Origin: Candidatus Woesearchaeota archaeon | Lineage (GTDB): Archaea; Nanobdellota; Nanobdellia; Woesearchaeales; DSVV01 | NCBI GenBank assembly: GCA_043813525.1 | Contig: JBDRKY010000068.1 | Location: 1-48,803, forward strand | Direction of reading: 5' to 3' | DNA: 48,803 nt | In this document: in pieces, positions 1 through 8,318 of the stretch | Layout: each line of letters begins with the position of its first letter | How positions within the stretch are numbered: position 1 is the first letter of the stretch | Notes under the pieces: generated by a model | Told to the model about the DNA's origin: nothing | What the model saw: only the letters and a program-made list of their open reading frames with translations | Database searches by the model: none | Program-made: the position numbers and the translations under genes

Positions 1-4
1 CCTC

Positions 5-221
5 AGTTTGACAGTTGTCAAACTTCGAAGCAATTTATTTATCAAGCCCTTTCAGGGCATGTAAATAAATTGTTAGCATCTTAAAACAAAAAACATAATG
101 CAATGTTTCACTAAATTATGCTTAATTTTTATGTAATTCGTACAAAACGCTAGTAATTTATTTACATGCCCTTTCAGGGCTTGATAAATAAATTACTCCA
201 AGTTTGACAGTTGTCAAACTT
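5..221. repeat. Composite dyad-symmetric element: a 21-nt palindromic box at both ends, two 42-44-nt imperfect hairpins, and an 80-nt AT-rich core
   Basis: agtttgacagttgtcaaactt occurs at 5-25 and 201-221 and is itself 8-bp arms around gt. 31-72 (caatttatttatcaaGCCCTttcAGGGCatgtaaataaattg) and 153-196 (gtaatttatttacatGCCCTttcAGGGCttgataaataaattac) are each hairpins. They are reverse complements of one another except that the ttc loop keeps the same orientation. 73-152 is an AT-rich spacer. The element abuts the window edge. Confidence 0.8.
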
Positions 222-242
222 GGGTAATAAGTCTCCTTTTTA

Positions 243-391
243 GAATATTATTGCCGCCTTATGTTTGTTTTCATCATAATATAGTTCGTAAGATATTTAT
301 ATTGCGAAAACTTTCTATCCAAAGTAAGCATATTTTCCAGAATCAAATGTATTCAGTTTTCGCTGATGAAAACTGGCAACAATAATATTCT
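243..391. other. Nested long-range inverted repeats; candidate structured ncRNA or MITE-like element
   Basis: Pairings read directly from the sequence: 243-255 with 375-391 (agaatattattgcc / ggcaacaataatattct, 3-nt bulge); 267-276 with 364-373 (gttttcatca / tgatgaaaac); 278-283 with 298-303 (aatata / tatatt); 304-311 with 356-363 (gcgaaaac / gttttcgc). All are nested and non-crossing. No ORF lies here. Confidence 0.4.
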
Positions 392-423
392 TGTTTAGGA
401 AACTTATTACATACAAAATTGAG

Positions 424-1131
424 TTAATTACTTAAACTATACACACCATTTTCCTCTTTAACTTTACCTTCTTTTATTAATGCGTCTACAAATTTTAGGA
501 TATGATCTGCAGGCACACCAGCTTCTTTAGATATATCATTGATATTCCTGCTCTTCTCCTTCAAGAGTATAATGATCAGATTCTTGACTAATGTCAGTCC
601 ATTTTTCTTAAGGACTTTATTATCAGCTTCAAAATTCTTGATAAGCATATCTAACTTATGTAATTTTGATTGTATCTCATTAAGAAAATCTGTAAAATCA
701 GGTGCTTTATATACAAACTCATCAGGAGAGATAATCTCAACAGAGCTAGGCATAAAATCAAAGCAGAACCACATCAGCTTATCAACATCATCAAATTCAA
801 CATCTACTTCAACAAAGGTGCTGAACATGACATTATTGTTATCCTTAATGCCTTTTCCATTTATTCTGTTGTTATTATCTATATTGTTTTTACTGCCATC
901 AGTATATTTACTGCTTTCACTATCTTTAGTGTCATCATCATCACCATCAACTACACCATCATCATTCTGTCTCTTAGCTTCAGCATAATCTTCTTTTAAT
1001 ACCTTCACTCCATCTTCTTTCCTAAGCTCTTCAATATAATTCCTGATAATCTGCTCTAAATGTTCCTTAGGTTTACCCACCATATTAATGATAGATCTTA
1101 CAACAATCTTTTGTTTATTTTTTTCTGACAT
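424..1131 (-). CDS. Hypothetical protein with Asp/Asn-rich insert and C-terminal winged-helix-like domain
   Basis: 235-aa ORF with ATG start. The C-terminal ~55 aa (RNINDISKEAGVPADHILKFVDALIKEGKVKEENGVYSL) look like a MarR/TrmB-type wHTH. There is a central low-complexity acidic/Asn stretch. No family recognised. Confidence 0.6.
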   Translation of the reverse strand: MSEKNKQKIVVRSIINMVGKPKEHLEQIIRNYIEELRKEDGVKVLKEDYAEAKRQNDDGVVDGDDDDTKDSESSKYTDGSKNNIDNNNRINGKGIKDNNNVMFSTFVEVDVEFDDVDKLMWFCFDFMPSSVEIISPDEFVYKAPDFTDFLNEIQSKLHKLDMLIKNFEADNKVLKKNGLTLVKNLIIILLKEKSRNINDISKEAGVPADHILKFVDALIKEGKVKEENGVYSLSN

Positions 1132-1180
1132 GATATAATCTAAGAAAACCGATTTATTTAAAAATGTTACTATAAAATAC

Positions 1181-2731
1181 TTAAACTTTTATAAAGAATA
1201 ATACAAGTACATTGAGAAATAATAACACACCTACAAAATATTTAATCTTACTTTTAATATTCTCTTGTTTCCCTTCAAATATGATTTTTGACGTCATTGT
1301 TTTATTTATATCATCAACTGCACATTCCTGCCTATAGATGAGTTCTTCACTTTTTAAATTCATATTTTGATATGGACTAATGGTTGTATTACTTGAGTTT
1401 AAAGTTAAGATATTGCTATCAATTTTTTCTTTGATTTCATTGGATTTTGTAGATTTAAGTGTGGATTTAGGTTCAGCAACAGCTTTTGTTTTAGTCTTTG
1501 TTTTATCTCCATTAGTTTCACAGGAAATAGAGATACTTTGTTTTGCAGAAACACCAAATCCTTCAGCAACAAGATAATATTTATTGCCATTAGATTGTTC
1601 ACAATCATCTTTTAATCTGACAGAAAGCGAAAGTTCTTGTGATATATATTTACCAAATATAGAAAGTGTTGTTGTTTCACTTACTTTTTTCCCGTTTTGA
1701 TCTATAATATATGCATTGAGTGTATTTTTAGTAGTATTTCCTTTGAAGAATTCAATCTTAGCTTTGACATCATTGCCAAATTTTAGTTTGTTACTATTAT
1801 ATATCAATTTAATATCAATATTAGATTTAATATTTTCTTCAATAATGTTTATATTACTATCACTATTATTATTCACGACAATTATCATCTCAGACACATA
1901 ATTGTTGATTTCATTTGTATCATTGCATAAAGGATATATCAAACCATTTATCAAAAATACACCAATTCTATCATCAATCTTAGGAGTAAACTGTTTATTA
2001 GTATTGGTTGTGTTTATTTTTGATCTGATCATATTTCCAAACAGGTCAGATATCCAATATTCAATAATTATAGGAAAATCATTGTTGTTATTATTATTAC
2101 CATTGTTGTTGACTTCAAAATTAAGTTTCAGCTGTTCAGAGAGATTATATATTGTTCTTGGTAAAATGAGATTTAAACTAACATCACATGAAACTTTTCT
2201 GACATCAATAACAGTGATATTTTGACATACTATAAAATCATCTGAAAGAGATGATAGATCATAATCAATTATATTGCCGCACAAAGTATAATTACCAGGT
2301 TCATCAATAAATAATATTCCAGTACTGCTACTTTTGTATTTATTAATCTCTTTTAATTCAAAACTATTATTATATTGAAATGTAGGATTATCATGTGAAA
2401 CAAGGCTGTAATAGACATTAGCATCAATCTTTTGTTCAGGATAGAGCAAATTATCGATTCTGAACAGTTTAGTGTATTCAATATTTGTGTATATTGATTC
2501 TGGCAGGATTATTGATAGGTTTGCAGATGGCTTGATTATTTTAATTGTAAAATTAGTGTCACGAATTACACAATTATCAGTATTATTAGATACTGAATAA
2601 TTTTGGCTTATGTTACAATAATTATCTAAAAGTGATTCATCCCCATATACATTATTTACAGAGGTACAAACTAATATGATTGATGGGATAATAAACAACA
2701 TAATAAACAACAGCAATTTTAGTTTACACAT
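1181..2731 (-). CDS. Asn-rich surface protein with N-terminal signal/anchor and C-terminal TM helix
   Basis: 516 aa with ATG start. N-terminal hydrophobic segment LLLFIMLFIIPSIILVC and C-terminal YFVGVLLFLNVLVLFFI. Many N-x-S/T sequons and a poly-Asn run. Confidence 0.6.
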   Translation of the reverse strand: MCKLKLLLFIMLFIIPSIILVCTSVNNVYGDESLLDNYCNISQNYSVSNNTDNCVIRDTNFTIKIIKPSANLSIILPESIYTNIEYTKLFRIDNLLYPEQKIDANVYYSLVSHDNPTFQYNNSFELKEINKYKSSSTGILFIDEPGNYTLCGNIIDYDLSSLSDDFIVCQNITVIDVRKVSCDVSLNLILPRTIYNLSEQLKLNFEVNNNGNNNNNNDFPIIIEYWISDLFGNMIRSKINTTNTNKQFTPKIDDRIGVFLINGLIYPLCNDTNEINNYVSEMIIVVNNNSDSNINIIEENIKSNIDIKLIYNSNKLKFGNDVKAKIEFFKGNTTKNTLNAYIIDQNGKKVSETTTLSIFGKYISQELSLSVRLKDDCEQSNGNKYYLVAEGFGVSAKQSISISCETNGDKTKTKTKAVAEPKSTLKSTKSNEIKEKIDSNILTLNSSNTTISPYQNMNLKSEELIYRQECAVDDINKTMTSKIIFEGKQENIKSKIKYFVGVLLFLNVLVLFFIKV

Positions 2732-2816
2732 GAATAAGCTGATAGATTTTGTTTTTAATAAGTGTTTGCTATAAAATTCCGTAAGATTTTTGGATTAAAT
2801 CAGATAAAATTAGATA

Positions 2817-3869
2817 TTATAGTAAAATTTTAGAAGATTCTTCAGAGATTATTTTTTCAGCTGCTTCAAATAATGTTATTTCTGTTCTTTCAGCTGCTTT
2901 AATTATTTGCTGAAGTCTTATAGGAATAATCTCTTTTAATTTCTCAATAACATAATTAAAATCTTTTCCTTGTATTTCACACATTGACAAAAATACTCCG
3001 CCAATATTCACAATATAATCAGGGGCATAAATTATTCCTTTATTTTTCATCTTCATTATAGATCGCAAACCATCAGCTAAAGGATTATTAGCTGCTCCAA
3101 TAACCATATCACAGTTTAATTTTTCAATTTTCTCGTCTGTCAATATACCACCACAGGCATTAGGTGAGAAAATATCACATTTTACAGAGTAAATCTCTTC
3201 TGGTTTTACTATTTTAATTCCAAATTCTTCTTTAACAGACTGCAAATTTTCAGCATTAACATCTGTTGCAATAACTTCTGCCCCTTCTACCACTAATCGC
3301 CTAACTAAATCTCTTCCTACGCTTCCAACTCCTTGAACAGCAATAACTTTTCCTTTCAAACTATTGCTTCCATATTTCCATCCACATAATTCTTTCATGG
3401 CAAGCAAAATTCCAAAAGCAGTAGGGATAGCTGTGTCTCCTAAACCTGTTTCTAACCCATCAATAAATTCAGACTCTTCTGCTATATATTCAATATCTTT
3501 AAGATTGATATTCATGTCTGTTCCTGTTTGAAATCTACCATTAAGAGTTTGAACAAACTTACCAAATCTTCTAAGCATATCAGGAGTTTTTTGTGTTATA
3601 GGGTTTCCTACAATTACTCCTTTTCCTCCACTATAACCCCCATTATACTTTTTTCCGATCACAACACATTTTTTAGTCATAGCTTTAACTAATTTGGTAG
3701 CATCTTTTATTCCATCTTCTGCATTGGAATAGTTAAGCATACGCGTACCGCCATTTCCTTTGTTCCCATATAGAGTGTTTAAAGCTATGATAAAGGTACA
3801 GCCAGATTCTTTGTCAAATTGGATGTGCAGTTCATCACAATTATTTTTATCCATTAGTTCCTGTATCAT
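2817..3869 (-). CDS. Glu/Leu/Phe/Val-family amino-acid dehydrogenase
   Basis: Family catalytic-Lys motif GGYSGGKGVIVGNP and Rossmann motif VAVQGVGSVGRDLVRRL. The start codon abuts the stop of the upstream gene (3869/3870). Confidence 0.85.
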   Translation of the reverse strand: MIQELMDKNNCDELHIQFDKESGCTFIIALNTLYGNKGNGGTRMLNYSNAEDGIKDATKLVKAMTKKCVVIGKKYNGGYSGGKGVIVGNPITQKTPDMLRRFGKFVQTLNGRFQTGTDMNINLKDIEYIAEESEFIDGLETGLGDTAIPTAFGILLAMKELCGWKYGSNSLKGKVIAVQGVGSVGRDLVRRLVVEGAEVIATDVNAENLQSVKEEFGIKIVKPEEIYSVKCDIFSPNACGGILTDEKIEKLNCDMVIGAANNPLADGLRSIMKMKNKGIIYAPDYIVNIGGVFLSMCEIQGKDFNYVIEKLKEIIPIRLQQIIKAAERTEITLFEAAEKIISEESSKILL

Positions 3870-4643
3870 CTAAATCACCCTCTCAGTTGAAATAATTCCA
3901 CGATTACAGAGTTCTTTCTTGAGATAAACAAACCAATCATCGCCAATAATATGATATTTCTCGCAAAGCTGATTCATTTCTTGCTGCTTCTCTTGTGTTG
4001 GATTTTTTAGCATCTCAAGACAAAACTTTGGTTCAAGATTTAGCAATGGCAAAATGTAACCGCATACTCCTTTTGATTCAAAACAAAGATGTTCCCAACC
4101 CTGAAAAATTGGAACATTTAAATTTACATGGGCTAATTTTTGAGTAAAATCAGAAGAACCACTTGCTTCTTTAATTCCGACAATATTTCCCAATTTACAG
4201 ATCATAACGATAGTTTCAAAACTGATTGAATTTCCAGATATTGCTTCTTCATTGTAAATAAATACAGGAATATCAACTTTATCTTTAACCTTCTTGAAAT
4301 GACCATAGATTTCCTGCTGAGAAATATCCTTTTGAAATGGAGTTGTAATTACAATAGCATCTACACCTAGAGCTTTTGCTATCTTTGCTTTTTCAATAAC
4401 TTTTTCAGTCGTTTTAAATTCAACTCCAGCAAAAACAGGCAAATTAGAATATTTAACAGCAAATTTAATCATGTCTTCAAATTGCTTGTTAGATAATGCA
4501 CAGCCTTCTCCAGAGCTTAATGTTGGCATTAATGCGTTAGAGTAAGAACTAACAAATTCAATCAGTTTTCTTACACTTTGTTCGCACACATTTCCATTAT
4601 TATCAACTGGCGTAACTAATGGAGGGATTAATCCTTTAATCAT
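3870..4643 (-). CDS. DapA / N-acetylneuraminate-lyase family class I aldolase
   Basis: N-terminal LIPPLVTPVD, GVDAIVITTPF, and Schiff-base lysine context IVGIKEASG typical of the DHDPS family. 4-nt ATGA overlap with the upstream ORF at 4640-4643. Confidence 0.75.
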   Translation of the reverse strand: MIKGLIPPLVTPVDNNGNVCEQSVRKLIEFVSSYSNALMPTLSSGEGCALSNKQFEDMIKFAVKYSNLPVFAGVEFKTTEKVIEKAKIAKALGVDAIVITTPFQKDISQQEIYGHFKKVKDKVDIPVFIYNEEAISGNSISFETIVMICKLGNIVGIKEASGSSDFTQKLAHVNLNVPIFQGWEHLCFESKGVCGYILPLLNLEPKFCLEMLKNPTQEKQQEMNQLCEKYHIIGDDWFVYLKKELCNRGIISTERVI

Positions 4644-5104
4644 ATTCGCACCCCCAAAGATTGCCTATACAATTGTTCTAATTCTTCAGGAAAAGTAAGT
4701 TCTTCACCATCTTTTGGACGAGAAACTAAACCACTGCTTGCTAAATTAGGATTAACTGAATATAGTGTTGCTCTTCGTGCTAATGCCATCCCTATTGTTA
4801 ATCTGCCTGAAATATCTAAATCCTGTAATTCTGGATTTGTTAAAGCTTCTTGGATATCTCTTTCATGGTATGGAGTTCTTTCAATATCCATCACTGTATG
4901 CAAATTGTCCATGAATGGATAATAAATGTCTTGTGCTTCTCTGGAATATTGCCAAATTACATCATCACATTTACCAACTTGCTCTAAACTCATTCCTACT
5001 TTGTCATCTAATCTTTCAACAAAGTAATTTTTACATGCAACTCTGGTTGGTTCATCCTTACTATGCATTCCTAAGAAAACATATGCATCAATGTATTCAT
5101 TCAT
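4640..5104 (-). CDS. Hypothetical protein, operon member
   Basis: 154-aa ORF with ATG start 1 nt after the stop of the radical-SAM-like gene. No recognisable motif. Confidence 0.6.
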   Translation of the reverse strand: MNEYIDAYVFLGMHSKDEPTRVACKNYFVERLDDKVGMSLEQVGKCDDVIWQYSREAQDIYYPFMDNLHTVMDIERTPYHERDIQEALTNPELQDLDISGRLTIGMALARRATLYSVNPNLASSGLVSRPKDGEELTFPEELEQLYRQSLGVRI

Positions 5105-5105
5105 T

Positions 5106-6116
5106 TTATTTACCTCTTACTTCTTGTTCCCATTCATCTTTACATCCATGATAGAGTTTTCTAAGACGAGTTACGTCCTGATGACCATTGAATGCTTGAA
5201 TCTCTCTTCGCACTTCATCATCGCAAAATCCACAGTTAGAGGTCATTCTATCTGCTGAGAGGTTCTCATCACTTAATCCAACAAAGAGTTTACCTTCTGT
5301 ATTTTCCATTCCCAAACGTTCAGCAGTTTTGATTAGAACTTCTGCAACACTCCAAAGTTTAGGTGGTTTGTACTCTCCATTCTTCCAAAGCTCTTCAATG
5401 ATCTTTCCTTTAGTTACGAATACCGGTTCAAAAGCAATACGAGCTTTTACACCATATTGTTCTGCTTTTGTTAATATATGTACGGCTGTATCCACAGCTT
5501 CTTTAATTCCTTCTGCTTCTGTCAAAGTATGTGGCTTAATAAGAACATAAGATACAAAATCTACATCAGCTTCTTTACACATCTGTAAAGATTCATCTAA
5601 ATGCGTTTCAGGAGTGCCCTTATTAAGAACATGATTTCTTAATATTGGATTAACTGTTTCATAACCTAATGCATATTCCAAAATCTGGTCATTTCTAAGA
5701 TAACTTTTTGCTTCCTTAAGCTTATCTACTGAAATATACTGTCTTCGAGCTTCAGTTAATACTCTTTTTACCCCACTAATCTTTGCCACAGATTTCAACA
5801 GAGCTGTCCTTAATTCAGCTGAAATCTCTCTATCATTATAGAAATTACCCAATGTTAAGAGATCAAAATGAACAAAATCAGCATTTTTAAGAGCTTCTAA
5901 AGACTGCTTATGTTGTGTTTTAATGTGTTCTATTTTCACATCAGGATTGGCATAAAAAGCAAAGTCACACATTGTACATCCCTTTCCTTTTAGTGCATAT
6001 TCACAACCAACTGTACGATACACTGTCATCAACCTTTGACCTGGTTTCCCATTTATGTTGATTAGACTTATAGCAATATAAGCTGGGGAATTTAATATGT
6101 TATCATTATTAATCAT
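5106..6116 (-). CDS. Radical-SAM-like enzyme with non-canonical CX8CX2C motif (resembles the TIGR01210 / archaeosine-synthase-beta type from memory)
   Basis: 336 aa. Cys triad in VGCEYALKGKGCTMCDF near the N-terminus, followed by a TIM-barrel-like alternation of beta/alpha segments. The family call is from recollection of the GGCxMC-type motif, not from a search. Confidence 0.55.
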   Translation of the reverse strand: MINNDNILNSPAYIAISLININGKPGQRLMTVYRTVGCEYALKGKGCTMCDFAFYANPDVKIEHIKTQHKQSLEALKNADFVHFDLLTLGNFYNDREISAELRTALLKSVAKISGVKRVLTEARRQYISVDKLKEAKSYLRNDQILEYALGYETVNPILRNHVLNKGTPETHLDESLQMCKEADVDFVSYVLIKPHTLTEAEGIKEAVDTAVHILTKAEQYGVKARIAFEPVFVTKGKIIEELWKNGEYKPPKLWSVAEVLIKTAERLGMENTEGKLFVGLSDENLSADRMTSNCGFCDDEVRREIQAFNGHQDVTRLRKLYHGCKDEWEQEVRGK

Positions 6117-6194
6117 AATCTATCACCACAAAGTAGTAATAGTAAGAGAAGTATATTAATTTATGTCGCACCAATATAGTACGAAATATTTAAA

Positions 6195-6212
6195 TAATAG
6201 TTAATACTATTA
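6195..6212. promoter_or_regulatory. 7-bp inverted repeat TAATAGT-taat-ACTATTA, candidate operator in the divergent promoter region
   Basis: Perfect dyad read at 6195-6212, 7 nt upstream of the TrmB-family ATG (6219) and inside the 102-nt divergent intergenic region. Confidence 0.3.
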
Positions 6213-6218
6213 AATAAT

Positions 6219-6983
6219 ATGGATACAAACATATTAAGGAAGATTGGATTAACTGAAAATGAGATCAAAATATATCTAAATCTGCTCAAAATTGGTTCAA
6301 GTACAGCTTATGAGATAGGAAAACAAACAGGAATTTACAGAGTTCATGTTTATGATAAGCTTGAACAATTGATGGATAAGGGCTTAGTTACACATATTTA
6401 TATGGGAGCAAAAAAATACTTTCAAGCTACACACCCAAGTAAAATCAAGCAATATATTGAAGATAAGAAAAAAAGATTAGAAATTCAAGAGCAAGAAATA
6501 GATTCTATTCTTCCTGAATTAGAAGCTATGACTAAGATACCTAAAGAAGATACGTTTGTTGAAGTGTTTAAGGGAAAAGAAGGATTAAAATATTTTCTTA
6601 AAGATATCATAAAAACAAAACAAGAGGTATTGATTACAGGAATTGACGATCAAAAGTATCAAGATGCCATCCCTATATTTATGAAACAATATTTTAGAGA
6701 TATTAAAAAAAATAAGATTAAAGAAAGAGTTATTACAATGAAAAAGTTAGGTGTATTTTTATTTGAAGAAGAATTAGCACCAACTACAAATTATAGATTT
6801 TTAGAAGAAAAACAATTTAATCCAACAAATACTTTTGTTTATGGAAATAAAGTTGTAATCGTAACATGGGGAGCCCCAGTTACAGCAGTGATGATAAAAA
6901 ACAAATCTATTGCTAAAACATACACGAATCACTTTGAGCAGTTATGGAATATTGCTTCTAAAAAACAAAAAGACAAAAAATAG
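6219..6983 (+). CDS. TrmB-family transcriptional regulator
   Basis: N-terminal wHTH LGLTENEIKIYLNLLKIGSSTAYEIGKQTGIYRVHVYDKLEQLMDKGLV is typical of TrmB. The C-terminal effector-like domain is present. Confidence 0.8.
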   Translation: MDTNILRKIGLTENEIKIYLNLLKIGSSTAYEIGKQTGIYRVHVYDKLEQLMDKGLVTHIYMGAKKYFQATHPSKIKQYIEDKKKRLEIQEQEIDSILPELEAMTKIPKEDTFVEVFKGKEGLKYFLKDIIKTKQEVLITGIDDQKYQDAIPIFMKQYFRDIKKNKIKERVITMKKLGVFLFEEELAPTTNYRFLEEKQFNPTNTFVYGNKVVIVTWGAPVTAVMIKNKSIAKTYTNHFEQLWNIASKKQKDKK

Positions 6984-7039
6984 AAATGACAAAAGAATAA
7001 AATTGAATTTACAATATAATAATCAAAAAGAAAAACTAA

Positions 7040-7465
7040 TTATTCAATCTCTTTAAAATCTTCTTTTATCCTGTTGAATACAATGCCGTGCGTATCAATA
7101 AAGACTTTAAATCCTTCAGGGAAATCTTCAAACTTTTCGCATTTGATCTTTCCTGCTGTTGGGTGTTTGCCTTCCTTAATCCAGTCAAATACAGTCAGAT
7201 ATATAGACTTGAATTTGTTCTTATGAATGTCCAATATCCATCCATCTTTAGTCTCCTTTCGTTCATATACACCAAAATCAGTATAGATATATTCTTTATT
7301 ATCTGAACCTACAAGATATATTACTTCATTATGCACATAATAATCAACATTATTGATATTGCATTTATAATCATTGAGCAATGGCTCTTTCTCATTTGTT
7401 TTTATCAGGTATAATCCACCTGCTAAGAGGATTATAAGTACTATCACTGCTAATAATTTCTTCAT
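7040..7465 (-). CDS. Small membrane-anchored/secreted hypothetical protein
   Basis: The ORF-track start at 7474 is GTG. The in-frame ATG at 7465 gives MKKLLAVIVLIILLAGGLYLI (signal/anchor). Confidence 0.5.
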   Translation of the reverse strand: MKKLLAVIVLIILLAGGLYLIKTNEKEPLLNDYKCNINNVDYYVHNEVIYLVGSDNKEYIYTDFGVYERKETKDGWILDIHKNKFKSIYLTVFDWIKEGKHPTAGKIKCEKFEDFPEGFKVFIDTHGIVFNRIKEDFKEIE

Positions 7466-7631
7466 TTTCTGCACCTCACCAAATTGTAGTTATAAATCAG
7501 ATAAATTCAACCATCACCAATAAAATAGAGACTGGTTAAAAAATGATAATAGCTGTATAACTAATATATAATAGATTTAAGAATTATTATCAATTTATAA
7601 AGATTATTAAACATCTGCACAGATATAAAGA

Positions 7632-8228
7632 TCAATCCATAACTTTTGAAAGAACCTGCATTATTTTTGATTCAAATGCTTCCAAATTACCATCATTCTC
7701 TACAACATAATCATATTTATCAGGCATTTTCTGGTTGTTCATTATATTTATGATCTGTTTTTTTTCATAACCACTAATGATTCTGTCATATACCTTATCA
7801 ATGCCTGCTTTTATGAGAATAACAATATCACACAATTCCTCTAGTTCAAATTCTGCTAAAAGTGCAACATCTACAACTGCATTTTCACCTTTATTTTTCA
7901 TATCAATAATCATATCTCTAATCTGTTGTTTTAACTGTTTATGAACAATTTTGTTCAACCTCTGAAGAAGATCAGTATTGCTGAATACTATGCTAGCTAA
8001 CTTTTTTCTGTCTATTTTTAGATTTCTGTCAAGAATAGATTCACCAAACTCAGCTGCGATATTCTGCGTGACATCTCCTTGTTTAAGCAATTCATGACCA
8101 AGCTTATCAGCATCAATTACCTTAAATTTATTATTAATATTATTATATCCAGTTATTTTAGCCTCAGCTATGAACTTTGCAGCTGTTGTCTTTCCTACAC
8201 CTATATAACCAGTAATACCTATTATCAT
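7632..8228 (-). CDS. coaE: Dephospho-CoA kinase, bacterial CoaE type
   Basis: P-loop GITGYIGVGKTT. CoaE pattern: IDADKLGHELL, FGESILD, L..IVF, LN.IVH. Confidence 0.8.
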   Translation of the reverse strand: MIIGITGYIGVGKTTAAKFIAEAKITGYNNINNKFKVIDADKLGHELLKQGDVTQNIAAEFGESILDRNLKIDRKKLASIVFSNTDLLQRLNKIVHKQLKQQIRDMIIDMKNKGENAVVDVALLAEFELEELCDIVILIKAGIDKVYDRIISGYEKKQIINIMNNQKMPDKYDYVVENDGNLEAFESKIMQVLSKVMD

Positions 8229-8276
8229 CTATTATAATAAGATTAGAGAATATATAAATTTATTTATAAATCTATC

Positions 8277-8292
8277 AAAACCTTTAAATATT
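8277..8292 (+). promoter_or_regulatory. BRE/TATA-like box for the subtilase gene
   Basis: aaaacctttaaatatt, with tttaaata ending 28 nt before the ATG at 8319. Confidence 0.35.
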
Positions 8293-8318
8293 AAATTAAT
8301 AAGTATAAATAAAAGATA

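Noticed and set aside
363-369. CTGATGA (C-box/k-turn-like) within the 243-391 structured element
   Set aside because: The first base is not a purine, and there is no D box at an appropriate distance. It is only part of helix 364-373.
539-999. Plus-strand ORFs 539..988 and 670..999 opposite the 424..1131 gene
   Set aside because: They have low-complexity Ser/Leu/Ile-rich translations and lie entirely antisense to a better ORF. This is the typical shadow-ORF pattern in AT-rich DNA.
7466-7474. ORF-track starts that are GTG/TTG (7474, 17844, 18040, 24072, 25506, 28451, 43811, 48025)
   Set aside because: Each has an in-frame ATG 3-21 nt downstream with a better context (ATGA overlap, an SD site, or a signal peptide starting at that Met). 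I used the ATGs, although the alternative starts remain possible.
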